From Gemmatimonadales bacterium (lineage in GTDB: Bacteria > Gemmatimonadota > Gemmatimonadetes > Gemmatimonadales > GWC2-71-9): a DNA stretch of 64,000 nt. The position numbers and the translations under genes are program-made. Shown here one piece after another: positions 8,610 to 18,217 of this stretch (positions are counted from its first letter, which is position 1; the number at the start of each line of letters is the position of its first letter). The DNA is taken from positions 3,649 through 67,648 of the forward strand of contig DATIWU010000089.1 of assembly GCA_035519195.1 (NCBI GenBank), read 5' to 3'. Under the pieces are notes generated by a model that did not search any database, was not told the origin of the DNA, and worked only from the letters and a program-made list of their open reading frames with translations.

Positions 8610-8665
8610 CTCTCTTTGCTGTCACCTAAATGCTTTGTTAGTGTCGCGATAGTGAAAATCTGACG

Positions 8666-9418
8666 ATGCACTTGGCGGACCTGGTGCAGTACCTGGACGG
8701 GTACCTCAGGATTTCCAGCGTCCCGGACTCACCGCGCGCGCTCAATGGCCTGCAGCTCGAGAATGCCGGAACCGTGACCCGCGTCGCCGCCGCAGTGGAT
8801 TTCTCCCAGGCGAGCATCTCCCAGGCGGTCGGGGCGGGGGCAGACCTCCTGCTTGTGCACCACGGAATGTTCTGGGGTGGGAGCGAGCGCCTGACGGCGC
8901 ATCGCTACCACCGGTTGGCCGGCCTGATTCGTCACAATGTTGCGGTTTACTCAGCGCACCTTCCACTGGATGTACACCCGGAAGTGGGGAACAACGCCGT
9001 GCTCGCGCGGGCGCTTGGAATACGCGTCGCGGGCTCGTTCGGGGAGGAGTACGGCATCGTCATCGGTCTCTGGGGTGAGCTGGACACTTCACGCGACGAT
9101 CTCGCCGCCAGGATCACATCCGTGCTCGGCGCGACTCCGCGGGTACTTCCGTTCGGACCGGCTCGCGTGCGGCGCGTTGGCGTTCTCACCGGTTCCGGTG
9201 GCTCGTTCATCGCTCAGGCAGAAGCGGCCGGCCTCGATACGTATTTGACCGGCGAAGGTGCCCATCACACGTTCTTCGAGGCGGAAGAGCGGCGCTTGAA
9301 CGTGCTGTTCGGTGGTCACTACGCAACGGAAACAGTCGGCGTCAAGGCGCTGGCAGCCCACGTGAGCGAGAAGTTTCACCTTCCCTGGACATTCCTCGAC
9401 CACCCTACCGGGATGTGA
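8666..9418 (+). CDS. Nif3-like dinuclear metal centre protein (GTP cyclohydrolase 1 type 2 family)
   Basis: 250 aa with the typical NIF3 N-terminus (LVQYLDGYLRISSVPDSPRALNGLQLEN) and His-rich metal motifs (LLLVHHG, GGHYATE). Confidence 0.85.
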   Translation: MHLADLVQYLDGYLRISSVPDSPRALNGLQLENAGTVTRVAAAVDFSQASISQAVGAGADLLLVHHGMFWGGSERLTAHRYHRLAGLIRHNVAVYSAHLPLDVHPEVGNNAVLARALGIRVAGSFGEEYGIVIGLWGELDTSRDDLAARITSVLGATPRVLPFGPARVRRVGVLTGSGGSFIAQAEAAGLDTYLTGEGAHHTFFEAEERRLNVLFGGHYATETVGVKALAAHVSEKFHLPWTFLDHPTGM

Positions 9419-10629
9419 CGCCCCGGCGCGTCCTGGCGCTGCTCGCCGCGGCCGAGCTGCTCGCGATGAGTCCCTGGTTCAGCGCGTCCGCCGTCGCGCC
9501 GGCGCTCGTACAGCATTGGCACCTGGGGCCCCGAGAGTCGGCATCGCTCACGATTTCGGTACAGCTCGGCTTCGTGTTCGGTGCACTGGTGAGCGCAATC
9601 TTCACGCTTTCGGATCTCTGGTCCCCCACTCGTCTCGTAGCCGTGTGTGCATGGATTGCCGGCGCGGCCACGCTCGGCGTGATTTTGGCGCCTGGGCCGG
9701 AGACGGCGATCGCGCTGCGGGCAGTAACGGGGGCGGCGCTCGCGGGTGTGTATCCGCCGGGGATGAAAATCGCGGCGCAATGGTTCCGGGAAATGCGAGG
9801 CCGCGCCATCGGGATTCTCGTCGGCGCGCTGACGGTCGGGTCCGCGAGCCCGCACCTCGTGCGTGCCTTCGTCCATGGGTCCGAGTGGCAATCAGTTCTC
9901 GCCACCGCGGCGTTCGCGGCGTTCGCCGGAGGCGTGCTGGTATTGTTGCTCCCACGAGAGGGGCCCTACTCGACTCCTTCACCCCCGTTCAGCTGGGCCG
10001 CCGTGCCACAGCTCGTGCGGGATCGCGCGGTGCTGCTCGCGAATTGCGGCTACCTGGGACACATGTGGGAGCTTTATGCCATGTGGACCTGGATCGCCGT
10101 TTTCATTGCTGAGAGCGAGGTGGCAAGGAAGGGTGGGCGCGATGCGGCCGCCGCCGGCGGCTTTCCCGCGACGCTCGCGTTCGCGGTGATCGCCGCAGGC
10201 GCGGTCGGTTGCTGGCTGGCGGGCAAATGGGCGGATCAATGGGGTCGAACCCGCGTCACCTCCGTGGCTATGGCCCTCTCCGGGAGCTGCGCGATCGGGT
10301 CGGGATTGGTCTTCGGGAAACCGGTGGCCATTTTGAGCGCCGTGCTTCTCATCTGGGGTGTGGCGGTCGTGGCCGACTCCGCCCAGTTCTCGGCCGCCGT
10401 CAGCGAGCTGGCGCCGCGCGAGTACGTGGGAACGGCTCTGACGCTGCAAACGTGCCTGGGTTTTCTGCTCACGACGGCGACGATCTATCTGCTTCCCGTT
10501 CTTGCCGCCCGTATTGGATGGCAGTGGAGCATGAGCGTGCTCGCGCTCGGACCTGCGCTCGGCATCGTGGCGATGCTCACGCTCCGAGGGCGGCCGGAGG
10601 CGCGCCTGATGGCGGGTGGTCGCGGCTAG
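9415..10629 (+). CDS. MFS transporter
   Basis: About 12 hydrophobic helices, 404 aa. The GTG start forms a GTGA junction with the nif3 stop. Confidence 0.8.
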   Translation: MTPRRVLALLAAAELLAMSPWFSASAVAPALVQHWHLGPRESASLTISVQLGFVFGALVSAIFTLSDLWSPTRLVAVCAWIAGAATLGVILAPGPETAIALRAVTGAALAGVYPPGMKIAAQWFREMRGRAIGILVGALTVGSASPHLVRAFVHGSEWQSVLATAAFAAFAGGVLVLLLPREGPYSTPSPPFSWAAVPQLVRDRAVLLANCGYLGHMWELYAMWTWIAVFIAESEVARKGGRDAAAAGGFPATLAFAVIAAGAVGCWLAGKWADQWGRTRVTSVAMALSGSCAIGSGLVFGKPVAILSAVLLIWGVAVVADSAQFSAAVSELAPREYVGTALTLQTCLGFLLTTATIYLLPVLAARIGWQWSMSVLALGPALGIVAMLTLRGRPEARLMAGGRG

Positions 10630-10913
10630 CTGCGCAGCGGCACCACGATGCGGACGACCACGCTCTCCCGCGTCTGGGGCGTAACGGTGCAGAAGCACTC
10701 ACACCCGATCAATCGCTTCATGCCCAGCAGCTCGGCTTCCGCGATTCCCGGGACATCGCGGAAGGTGATTTCGAACGCCTGGCCATCGATGACGCGATAA
10801 CTCACCGGACGGCCCGCGAGTCGGTGATGCGGGTCGATCTTCGCGAGCCCGTCCGCCAGCCGGTGCTGCAGCTCGGCCAGGCGCTCCCGGCCGAGGACGA
10901 GTCGCTCGCTCAT
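10626..10913 (-). CDS. Hypothetical small protein (95 aa), translationally coupled to queG
   Basis: ATGA junction with the queG stop (10910-10913). I recognise no family. Confidence 0.45.
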   Translation of the reverse strand: MSERLVLGRERLAELQHRLADGLAKIDPHHRLAGRPVSYRVIDGQAFEITFRDVPGIAEAELLGMKRLIGCECFCTVTPQTRESVVVRIVVPLRS

Positions 10914-11890
10914 CGTACCGTCTGGTTGTGGCGCACCGCGGCCGCGTTGCGCCGCATTCCGGCGAGCCCCGCCCGCTCGAAAGGCAGCGCGCCGAAGCGC
11001 GCATTGAACTCGTCTTCCCCCAGCGTTTCGAACTCGCCGGCATCGACATGCGCGAGCTCAGGTGGCAGCGCGAAGTCGGGGTCGCGCTGAGACTCCCCGG
11101 CGAACTTCTCGTTCCACGGGCACACATCCTGGCAAACGTCGCATCCGAACAGCCAGTCGCCGATGCCGCGCCGCTGTTCGTCGTCGAATGGCCCCCGATG
11201 CTCGATCGTGAGATACGCGATGCAACGGCGGGCATCCATCAGGTGCGGCGCCACGAACGCCTGCGTCGGACAGGCCTCGAGGCAGCGGCGACACGAGCCA
11301 CACCGGTCCGCGGCGTACGGGAGATCGGGCACGAGCGCCGCGTTCGTGAGCAGCACACCGATGAACGTGAACGACCCGAGTGTGGGATTAATGTGCATCA
11401 TGTTCTTCCCGATCCACCCGAGTCCGGCTCGGACGGCAAGCTCGCGCTCGGGAACGGGGCCCGCGTCGACATACGCGCGGGTCTCCGCCCCTGGGGCGAG
11501 CTCGCGCAAGCTGTCGCCGAGCCGCCCGAGTTTTCGACCGACTGTTCGGTGGTAGTCGATCGACCGCGCGTAGCGCGCGATCCGGGGACCCGCGGGCTCT
11601 GGCATGTCGCGGTAGTAGTTACTGAGCGTGACGACGGCGAATCGCGCATCGGGCCAGATGCCCGCGGGCGACTTACGGCGTTCCGCCTGGCGATGGAGGT
11701 ACGTCATCGATCCCGCATATCCCCGAGCCAGCCACTCGTCCAGCTCCCCGGCATGCGCGTTCGTCTCGAGGGTCGTGATCCCAACTCCATCGAAACCCAA
11801 GGCGAGTGCGCGGTCCTTCAGTTGCGCGCTCCGCGTCGCCGCGTTGCCCACCCTGCCGCTTGTCACAGGCCCATCACCTCTCGGCGCCAA
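10910..11890 (-). CDS. queG: Epoxyqueuosine reductase QueG
   Basis: The 4Fe-4S ferredoxin motifs CGSCRRCLEACP and CDVCQDVCPWN and the conserved CIAYLTIEHRG block are present. Confidence 0.9.
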   Translation of the reverse strand: MAPRGDGPVTSGRVGNAATRSAQLKDRALALGFDGVGITTLETNAHAGELDEWLARGYAGSMTYLHRQAERRKSPAGIWPDARFAVVTLSNYYRDMPEPAGPRIARYARSIDYHRTVGRKLGRLGDSLRELAPGAETRAYVDAGPVPERELAVRAGLGWIGKNMMHINPTLGSFTFIGVLLTNAALVPDLPYAADRCGSCRRCLEACPTQAFVAPHLMDARRCIAYLTIEHRGPFDDEQRRGIGDWLFGCDVCQDVCPWNEKFAGESQRDPDFALPPELAHVDAGEFETLGEDEFNARFGALPFERAGLAGMRRNAAAVRHNQTVR

Positions 11891-12129
11891 CGAGCGAAAC
11901 GGACCACGTCTTCCACCGGGGGTACGGCTGCTTCATTTCCGTACGCCGTAAACATGCGCCACCGGAGGTACTCGCGTGGGGGAAGGGGAAGATATGGGGG
12001 CTCACGATACCAGTCCCGTGACCGAAAACTCCATGCGAGGCGCAGCAAGTCCAGGGCCAGACGCGGGTTCACCAGGGCCCGGAGGGTGAGCCGCAAGTAC
12101 AGCGCTTTCCAGCCGTTGGACGCAGGCAT
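11863..12129 (-). CDS. Hypothetical small protein (88 aa) upstream of queG
   Basis: ATG-initiated ORF whose codon third positions are moderately GC-rich. It overlaps the queG start by 28 nt. No family recognised. Confidence 0.4.
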   Translation of the reverse strand: MPASNGWKALYLRLTLRALVNPRLALDLLRLAWSFRSRDWYREPPYLPLPPREYLRWRMFTAYGNEAAVPPVEDVVRFARWRREVMGL

Positions 12130-12218
12130 CGTTCCTCAATCTAAGCCGCCTTCGGTATATTCCACGCCCTATTACGGGCCGGGCTTGGCGCTCCTGACCT
12201 CCTCTTGAACGTACGGCG

Positions 12219-12974
12219 ATGACCATGGATCAGCGGTTGACCGGCAGCTCGACAAATCCGGTTACGGAGGATGAGCGGCTCCTCACCCCGTACCCCGGCG
12301 AACGCCGGGCATTCACACGGACCGACCCGTGGCGCGTTCTGCGCATCATGGCGGAGTTCGTCGAAGGATTTGACACCCTTTCCGATGTCACAAACGCCGT
12401 CACGATTTTCGGATCGGCACGATCTGGTCCTGACGATCCGTATTACGAAAAGGCCGTGCAGACGGCCCGGCGGCTCGCGCAGGAGGGGTTTCCGGTGATT
12501 ACCGGCGGCGGCCCCGGGATCATGGAGGCGGCCAATCGCGGCGCCCAGGAGGGGAACGGACTCTCGATCGGCTGCAATATCGAGCTGCCGTTCGAGCAGG
12601 GGACGAATCCGTACGTCGAACGGCTCATCCAGTTCCGCTATTTCTTCGTTCGCAAGACGATGTTTGTGAAGTACGCCACGGCATTCATTGTGTTTCCCGG
12701 CGGGTACGGAACACTGGACGAGTTGTTCGAGGCCCTCACGCTGATCCAGACGGGCAAAGTAAAGAACTTTCCTGTCGTGTTGTTCGGGCGCGCATACTGG
12801 CATGGCATCGTGGAGTGGCTGCGTGATCGGGCTGCGGGCGAGGGAAAGATCGCGACCACCGACCTGTCGCTCTTCCAGGTGACGGACGACCCTGAAGAAG
12901 CCGTCGCTGTCGTGGTCCGCGCCCGCGACCGTCGCACTCGGTCGATGGCCGTTCCGTCCCCCGGCAACCGATGA
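12219..12974 (+). CDS. LOG family protein (TIGR00730; cytokinin riboside 5'-monophosphate phosphoribohydrolase-like, formerly 'lysine decarboxylase-like')
   Basis: Motifs [16 protein letters not shown] and [13 protein letters not shown] are present. Confidence 0.88.
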   Translation: MTMDQRLTGSSTNPVTEDERLLTPYPGERRAFTRTDPWRVLRIMAEFVEGFDTLSDVTNAVTIFGSARSGPDDPYYEKAVQTARRLAQEGFPVITGGGPGIMEAANRGAQEGNGLSIGCNIELPFEQGTNPYVERLIQFRYFFVRKTMFVKYATAFIVFPGGYGTLDELFEALTLIQTGKVKNFPVVLFGRAYWHGIVEWLRDRAAGEGKIATTDLSLFQVTDDPEEAVAVVVRARDRRTRSMAVPSPGNR

Positions 12975-14128
12975 GCCCCGAGCAGAACCATCTGCGGGGG
13001 CGCCGCATCGATCCGGCGCCGCTCACGGGGCGCGAGACGATCCCGGAGCTCGTGGACAATGCGTTTCTGGCGTACAATGCCGGCCGCCTGGCGGAGGCTT
13101 GCCGGCTGTTTACGGAACGTATGCTCGAGGACGATGTCACGGTCGGCATGAGTCTCACCGGCGCGATGACGCCGGCAGGGCTGGGGATGTCGACCATCAT
13201 CCCACTGATGCAAGCCGGGTTCGTGGACTGGATCGTTTCGACGGGGGCGAACCTCTACCACGACGCCCATTTCGGCATCGGCCTCGCGATGCACAGGGGA
13301 ACTCCGTTCGCCGACGATGTGGAGCTGCGCGAGCACGGCGTCGTCCGGATCTACGACGTCTTCTTCGATTATCGAGTGCTGCTCTCGACCGACGCGTACA
13401 TCCGCGAGATCTCCGCGCGTCCCGAATTTCAGCGGGCGATGAGCACGGCCGAATATCATTATCTCCTCGGGGGCTACGTCCGGGAGCGCGAACGCGCCCT
13501 CGGCCTCAACCATCGCTCGGTCTTGAGCGCGGCGCACGAATTTGGCGTACCGATCTACACGTCGTCGCCGGGCGACTCCTCCATTGGGATGAACATTGCC
13601 GAACAGGCGCTCGCCGGCAGCAAGCTGCGGTTCGACGTCAGCACGGATGTGAACGAAACCGCCGCAATCGTCTTCGCCGCAAAGGCGGCGGGCGGAAAAA
13701 GCGGCGTCCTGCTCATCGGCGGCGGCAGTCCCAAGAATTTTGTACTCCAGACCGAACCACAAATCCAGGAAGTACTGGGAATCAGCGAAAAGGGCCACGA
13801 CTATTATCTCCAGATCACCGACGCCCGGCCCGATACGGGAGGGCTTTCCGGCGCCACGCCATCGGAGGCCGTGAGCTGGGGCAAGGTCGATCCCGACAAG
13901 CTGCCCGGCACCGTGGTGTGTTATCTCGACAACACCGTGGCGCTCCCGGTGCTCGCGACGTACGCGCTCGCCCGGCATCGGCCACGATCGCTCAAGCGGC
14001 TCTACGAACAGCGGGCGGCAATGATGCGGCGTCTGGTGGACGAGTACGAAGCTGCCCGGGCAGAGCGCGATGCCCGCGCGGACGCGGCGAACACCGCATC
14101 CGCCATCCGCGGCCAGGAGCCGCGGTAA
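12971..14128 (+). CDS. Deoxyhypusine synthase family protein (DHS-like / homospermidine-synthase-like)
   Basis: DHS-family blocks [29 protein letters not shown] and PSEAVSWGK are present. ATGA junction with the LOG gene. Confidence 0.85.
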   Translation: MSPEQNHLRGRRIDPAPLTGRETIPELVDNAFLAYNAGRLAEACRLFTERMLEDDVTVGMSLTGAMTPAGLGMSTIIPLMQAGFVDWIVSTGANLYHDAHFGIGLAMHRGTPFADDVELREHGVVRIYDVFFDYRVLLSTDAYIREISARPEFQRAMSTAEYHYLLGGYVRERERALGLNHRSVLSAAHEFGVPIYTSSPGDSSIGMNIAEQALAGSKLRFDVSTDVNETAAIVFAAKAAGGKSGVLLIGGGSPKNFVLQTEPQIQEVLGISEKGHDYYLQITDARPDTGGLSGATPSEAVSWGKVDPDKLPGTVVCYLDNTVALPVLATYALARHRPRSLKRLYEQRAAMMRRLVDEYEAARAERDARADAANTASAIRGQEPR

Positions 14129-14140
14129 GCGGGAGCCCTT

Positions 14141-15142
14141 GTGATCGCGCGCCGGCGGCCCGCCGCTCCCACGCCGGAGCTCCGTTGCCCGACGTGCCGC
14201 GCCGAGCTCGAGCGATTCTGGTCACATTGCGCGGATTGCGGGCGCAGTCTCGAGTGGCGTGACGCCCGACGGCGAACCAATGCCGAGTGCCGCTACTGTC
14301 GCTGGATGGTATCCGACCGATTCGCGTTCTGTCCGTGGTGTGGCCGGAATATCGCCGACCCGGACTCGAGCCTCGTCCCCCTCAAGGCCCCCAAGGGATT
14401 TCGCTTCGAGCGCCGTTGTGAGCATGGGTGCGGTGGCGGCGTCATGTACCCGATGCATTACTGCCCATGGTGCGGGCGACGCCAGCATTGGCGCTACCAG
14501 CGCTTCGATAACGTTTGCCCGCATTGCGACAAGGGTGTCGACGACTGGATGGACTTTTGTCCGTGGTGCGGACACGACGCGACTGGCCGGGATCTCATCG
14601 CCCCGGCCGCGCTACGGGCGCGGCAACTTCTCATGTCCACGCGCATCGGCGACTGGCACTACCGCCTGCTGTTGCGGCCCGGAGTGTCGGGAGTCCGGCA
14701 TCAAACTCCCAAGATGGTCGAGCTCGACCGAGGCTACGTCCTCAAGAAACGCTCGCGACGCGAGATATCGTGGAAGCTCCTGTCGGGGCTGGTACTCCAC
14801 GAGCTCGGTCACTCGTTCCTGTATCATCACTGGTCGTTCGCGCGGTCGCTGCGATTTCGCAGGGCGTTCGGTGAGGTCGCGAAGGCGTACCGCGTGGCGG
14901 ATTCCCGCTGGGTCGATTTCGAGCGACACGGTGTCACGACGACACTCGCCAACTACGTCACGGCGTACGCCGCTACGCATCCGGAGGAGGATTTTGCCGA
15001 GACGTTCCGCATCTACGTGGCCCGCCGCGGCCGGCTCCGCGGCTTGTTCGCGGAGTTTGGCCGCAAGCGCAAAGGCGTCGTGCTTTTCGAAAAATTCCTG
15101 CTGCTCGATGACTTCATCCGACAGCTACGCCGGCGACGATAA
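14141..15142 (+). CDS. Four tandem zinc-ribbon units fused to a putative HExxH zinc metallopeptidase domain
   Basis: Four Cys-pair ribbons: CPTC..CADCG, CRYC..CPWCG, CEHGC..CPWCG and CPHC..CPWCG. These are followed by LHELGH (nt 14798-14812) and the downstream acidic motif EEDFAETF. GTG start 12 nt after the DHS-like stop. Confidence 0.75.
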   Translation: MIARRRPAAPTPELRCPTCRAELERFWSHCADCGRSLEWRDARRRTNAECRYCRWMVSDRFAFCPWCGRNIADPDSSLVPLKAPKGFRFERRCEHGCGGGVMYPMHYCPWCGRRQHWRYQRFDNVCPHCDKGVDDWMDFCPWCGHDATGRDLIAPAALRARQLLMSTRIGDWHYRLLLRPGVSGVRHQTPKMVELDRGYVLKKRSRREISWKLLSGLVLHELGHSFLYHHWSFARSLRFRRAFGEVAKAYRVADSRWVDFERHGVTTTLANYVTAYAATHPEEDFAETFRIYVARRGRLRGLFAEFGRKRKGVVLFEKFLLLDDFIRQLRRRR

Positions 15143-15147
15143 CGCCG

Positions 15148-16902
15148 TCAGGAAACGGACTCGGGGGTAGCGCGCGGCACCTCCCGAAGAAATGCCCGTC
15201 CCCGCGCGATCTCGCGTTCATAGTCTTCGATTTCAACCGCCCGGCGCCGCTCGTCCCATCCGAGCAGCTGGGCCATTCGCGCGGCGATCCGGGGAGCGAC
15301 GCGGCGGCCCTGGTCGGCGTCCTCGTAGAACAGATGCAGCCGGCGAATCATCACGTCGGAGAGCCGCACGGCCATCTCACGCTCCACCGCGTGCACGACC
15401 TCGGCCCACAGCTCCGGCCGGCCGGGCGCGATCGGTTCACCCAGGGCGCGATCCCGTTCCACGAGACTCGCGATCGCCGCGCCCTCGCTGCCATAGCGGC
15501 GGACCAGGTGCTCCGCGTGGGGATCCGCAATGCCGCGCACTCGCAGATTGGCCGTCACGACGTTCAGGTCCGCGGCTTCGCCGCCGGGAAGCGGGAGACG
15601 GTCGGTGTGCGGGCGGCTCGCCATCGGCCGGCCATCCATCTTCCTGAGCCGGCGCGCGACGTGGTCCACCACCTCGCGGCCCATCACGCGGTAGGTCGTC
15701 AGCTTGCCGCCGGCGATCGTCACCAGCCCGCTTGGGGCCTCGAGAACCCGGTGCTCGCGCGACACTTGTGACGCTGACAAACCGCTGGCACCATGCGAAT
15801 CGGCGGGCGCGAGCAGCGGCCGGATCCCCGACCAGGTTGCCAGGATGTCTCGTGGACTGAGTCGCGCGTCTGGAAACATCGCGTTCGCGGAGCGCAGCAG
15901 GTACACGGCGTCCGCACCGGAAGCACGGACCTCGTCCGGATCGGCTGGCTCATCGGTGTCTGTGGTCCCGATGTAACTGAAGTCGCCCGCCGGGAGAACG
16001 AACATCACGCGGCCGTCGACCGGAGAGAGGAACGTGACTGCGTGGGTGTTGCCCAGCCGTTCCCGGCGCACCAGGACGTGCGTGCCCTTCGTGGGACGGA
16101 GCAGGGGGACAGCGCCGGGATCGTCGAGCCGGCGCACCGCGTCGACCCACGGACCCGCGGCGTTCACGACCACCGCCGCGGCAACGCTGTACTCGCGCCG
16201 TTTCGGGTCCAGCATGTCACGGATGACGGCGCCACGAACCGTCCCCTCGGCTCTTGTGAAACCCGTGACCAGCGCATAGCTGATCGCTTTGGCGCCGGCG
16301 GCGGTCGCGCTCCGCAAGGTCGCGAGCACCAGGCGTGCATCGTCCGCCTGGGCGTCGTAATACAGCGCGGCGCCCCGGATCCCGCGCGACCGGAGGCGCG
16401 GTTCGAGCTGTGCCACGGCTTTCCTTCGCAGCCAGCGATGCCGGCGGGCGCTACGACCCCCGAGCAGGTCGTAGAGCCACATCCCGGCGCGCAGAGTCCA
16501 GGGGGCGATCCGGCCGCCCCGATACACCGGGAACAGAAACGCTAGCGGGCGGACGAGATGGGGTGCGATCGAGCGCAGCACCGCCCGCTCGTGGGCGGCC
16601 TCGAACACGAGACCCCACTCCAAGCGTTCCAGATACCGCAGGCCGCCGTGGATGAGGCGGGACGAGCGCGAAGAGGTGCCCGCCCCAAAATCCATTTTGT
16701 CGACGAGCGCAGTGCGAATGCCGCGCAGGGCCGCGTCACGCGCGATGCCGGCGCCGGTGATGCCTCCGCCGATCACGAGTAGATCCACGGGCTCGGCGCT
16801 CAGTGCGGCGAGCGCGCGCGTCCGGTCGGTCTCCACCTTTGGTATGCCTTGGCCCGGCACTGGGCCTGATGATAGGTTTTGGTCCGCGTCTGCCCCTCGC
16901 AC
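15148..16902 (-). CDS. glpD: FAD-dependent glycerol-3-phosphate dehydrogenase
   Basis: DLLVIGGGITGAGIARDAALRG is followed by SSRSSRLIHGGLRYLE. The start is uncertain: GTG 16902 or an internal GTG about 25 codons downstream. Confidence 0.88.
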   Translation of the reverse strand: MRGADADQNLSSGPVPGQGIPKVETDRTRALAALSAEPVDLLVIGGGITGAGIARDAALRGIRTALVDKMDFGAGTSSRSSRLIHGGLRYLERLEWGLVFEAAHERAVLRSIAPHLVRPLAFLFPVYRGGRIAPWTLRAGMWLYDLLGGRSARRHRWLRRKAVAQLEPRLRSRGIRGAALYYDAQADDARLVLATLRSATAAGAKAISYALVTGFTRAEGTVRGAVIRDMLDPKRREYSVAAAVVVNAAGPWVDAVRRLDDPGAVPLLRPTKGTHVLVRRERLGNTHAVTFLSPVDGRVMFVLPAGDFSYIGTTDTDEPADPDEVRASGADAVYLLRSANAMFPDARLSPRDILATWSGIRPLLAPADSHGASGLSASQVSREHRVLEAPSGLVTIAGGKLTTYRVMGREVVDHVARRLRKMDGRPMASRPHTDRLPLPGGEAADLNVVTANLRVRGIADPHAEHLVRRYGSEGAAIASLVERDRALGEPIAPGRPELWAEVVHAVEREMAVRLSDVMIRRLHLFYEDADQGRRVAPRIAARMAQLLGWDERRRAVEIEDYEREIARGRAFLREVPRATPESVS

Positions 16903-16954
16903 CTCGCGCTCGGCGGGTTGCCGGACGAGCGAGGCGGGCCGGAAGGAGAATGTA

Positions 16955-18217
16955 ATGCCTCAAGTGAACGGTCGGCGGCGCGTTGCGGTGATCGCCGGGT
17001 GCCGAACGCCGTTTTCCAAAGCGGGAACTGAGTTGAAAGAGGCCCGCGCCGTGGATCTGGCGCGGTACGTCGCGCGTGAACTGCTCGAGCGTACCGACAT
17101 CGATGGGGCGCTCGTGGAGCAGGTCGTGTTCGGGCAGGTGGTTCCATCCGCCCTCGTGCCCAACGTGGCGCGGGAGGTGAGTTTGCTGCCGCAGTTCCCC
17201 CGCGAAATTCCGGCATATTCCGTCAATCGCGCCTGCGCGTCGGCGGCGCAGGCGATCGCGGATGCGCACGATGAGATCACGCTTGGCCATTTGAGCGTGG
17301 CCCTGGCCGGTGGCGTCGAATCCCTGTCCGATATCCCGATTCTGGCATCACGGCGCCTGGCGGATGTGCTGGTCGAAGCCAGCCGCGCCAAGACCTTCGG
17401 CCGCCGGGTGGCGGCTTTCAGCCGCGTCCGACCGCGTGACCTCGTCCCGGTGTCGCCCGCGATCGCAGAGCCCTCGACGGGAGAAACAATGGGACAGTCC
17501 GCCGAGAAGATGGCGAAGGAGAACCGGATCAGCCGTGAGGCGCAGGACCGCTGGGCGCTTCGCAGTCACCAGCTCGCGGCCCGCGGCACGGACGACGGCC
17601 GGCTTACCGCCGAGATCGTGCCGTGGTTTGCGGATAAAGGAAGCGGCGCGGTCATCACCCAGGACAACGGAATCCGCCGCGATTCGTCGCTCGAGCAGCT
17701 CGCGAAACTCAAACCCGCGTTCGATCGGCGTTACGGCTCCGTCACTGCGGGGAATTCGTCCCCGCTCACGGACGGCGCCGCCGCGGTCATCCTCATGGCC
17801 GAGGAGCGGGCTCGTGCGCTGGGTTATGAGCCTCTCGCGTTTATTCGCTCATACGCCGTCGCGGCAGTCGATCCGGGATGGCAGCTGCTCCAGGCGCCGA
17901 TCTGGGCCGTTCCGAAAGCCCTGGAGCGGGCGGGCATCGCCTGGGGGGATCTTGGTCTCATCGAGATTCACGAAGCGTTCGCCGCTCAGGTGCTCTCGAA
18001 TCTGCAGGGCTTTGCGTCCAAGGGATGGGAGATCAACGAGGACATCATCAACGTGACGGGTGGGTCGATCGCGATTGGCCATCCGTTCGGCGCCACGGGC
18101 GCCCGACTCGTGACCACGCTCGCCAACGAAATGAAGCGGCGTGCGGTCCAGTTCGGGCTGGTATCGATTTGCGCCCAGGGCGGGATGGGGTTCGCGATGG
18201 TGCTGGAACGCCCATGA
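16955..18217 (+). CDS. fadA: Acetyl-CoA C-acyltransferase (thiolase, FadA-like)
   Basis: ATG 16955 is preceded by GGAAGGAGA. The active-site contexts NRACASAAQA and GGSIAIGHPFGATG are present. The track ORF from 16652 is upstream read-through across the glpD promoter region. Confidence 0.9.
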   Translation: MPQVNGRRRVAVIAGCRTPFSKAGTELKEARAVDLARYVARELLERTDIDGALVEQVVFGQVVPSALVPNVAREVSLLPQFPREIPAYSVNRACASAAQAIADAHDEITLGHLSVALAGGVESLSDIPILASRRLADVLVEASRAKTFGRRVAAFSRVRPRDLVPVSPAIAEPSTGETMGQSAEKMAKENRISREAQDRWALRSHQLAARGTDDGRLTAEIVPWFADKGSGAVITQDNGIRRDSSLEQLAKLKPAFDRRYGSVTAGNSSPLTDGAAAVILMAEERARALGYEPLAFIRSYAVAAVDPGWQLLQAPIWAVPKALERAGIAWGDLGLIEIHEAFAAQVLSNLQGFASKGWEINEDIINVTGGSIAIGHPFGATGARLVTTLANEMKRRAVQFGLVSICAQGGMGFAMVLERP

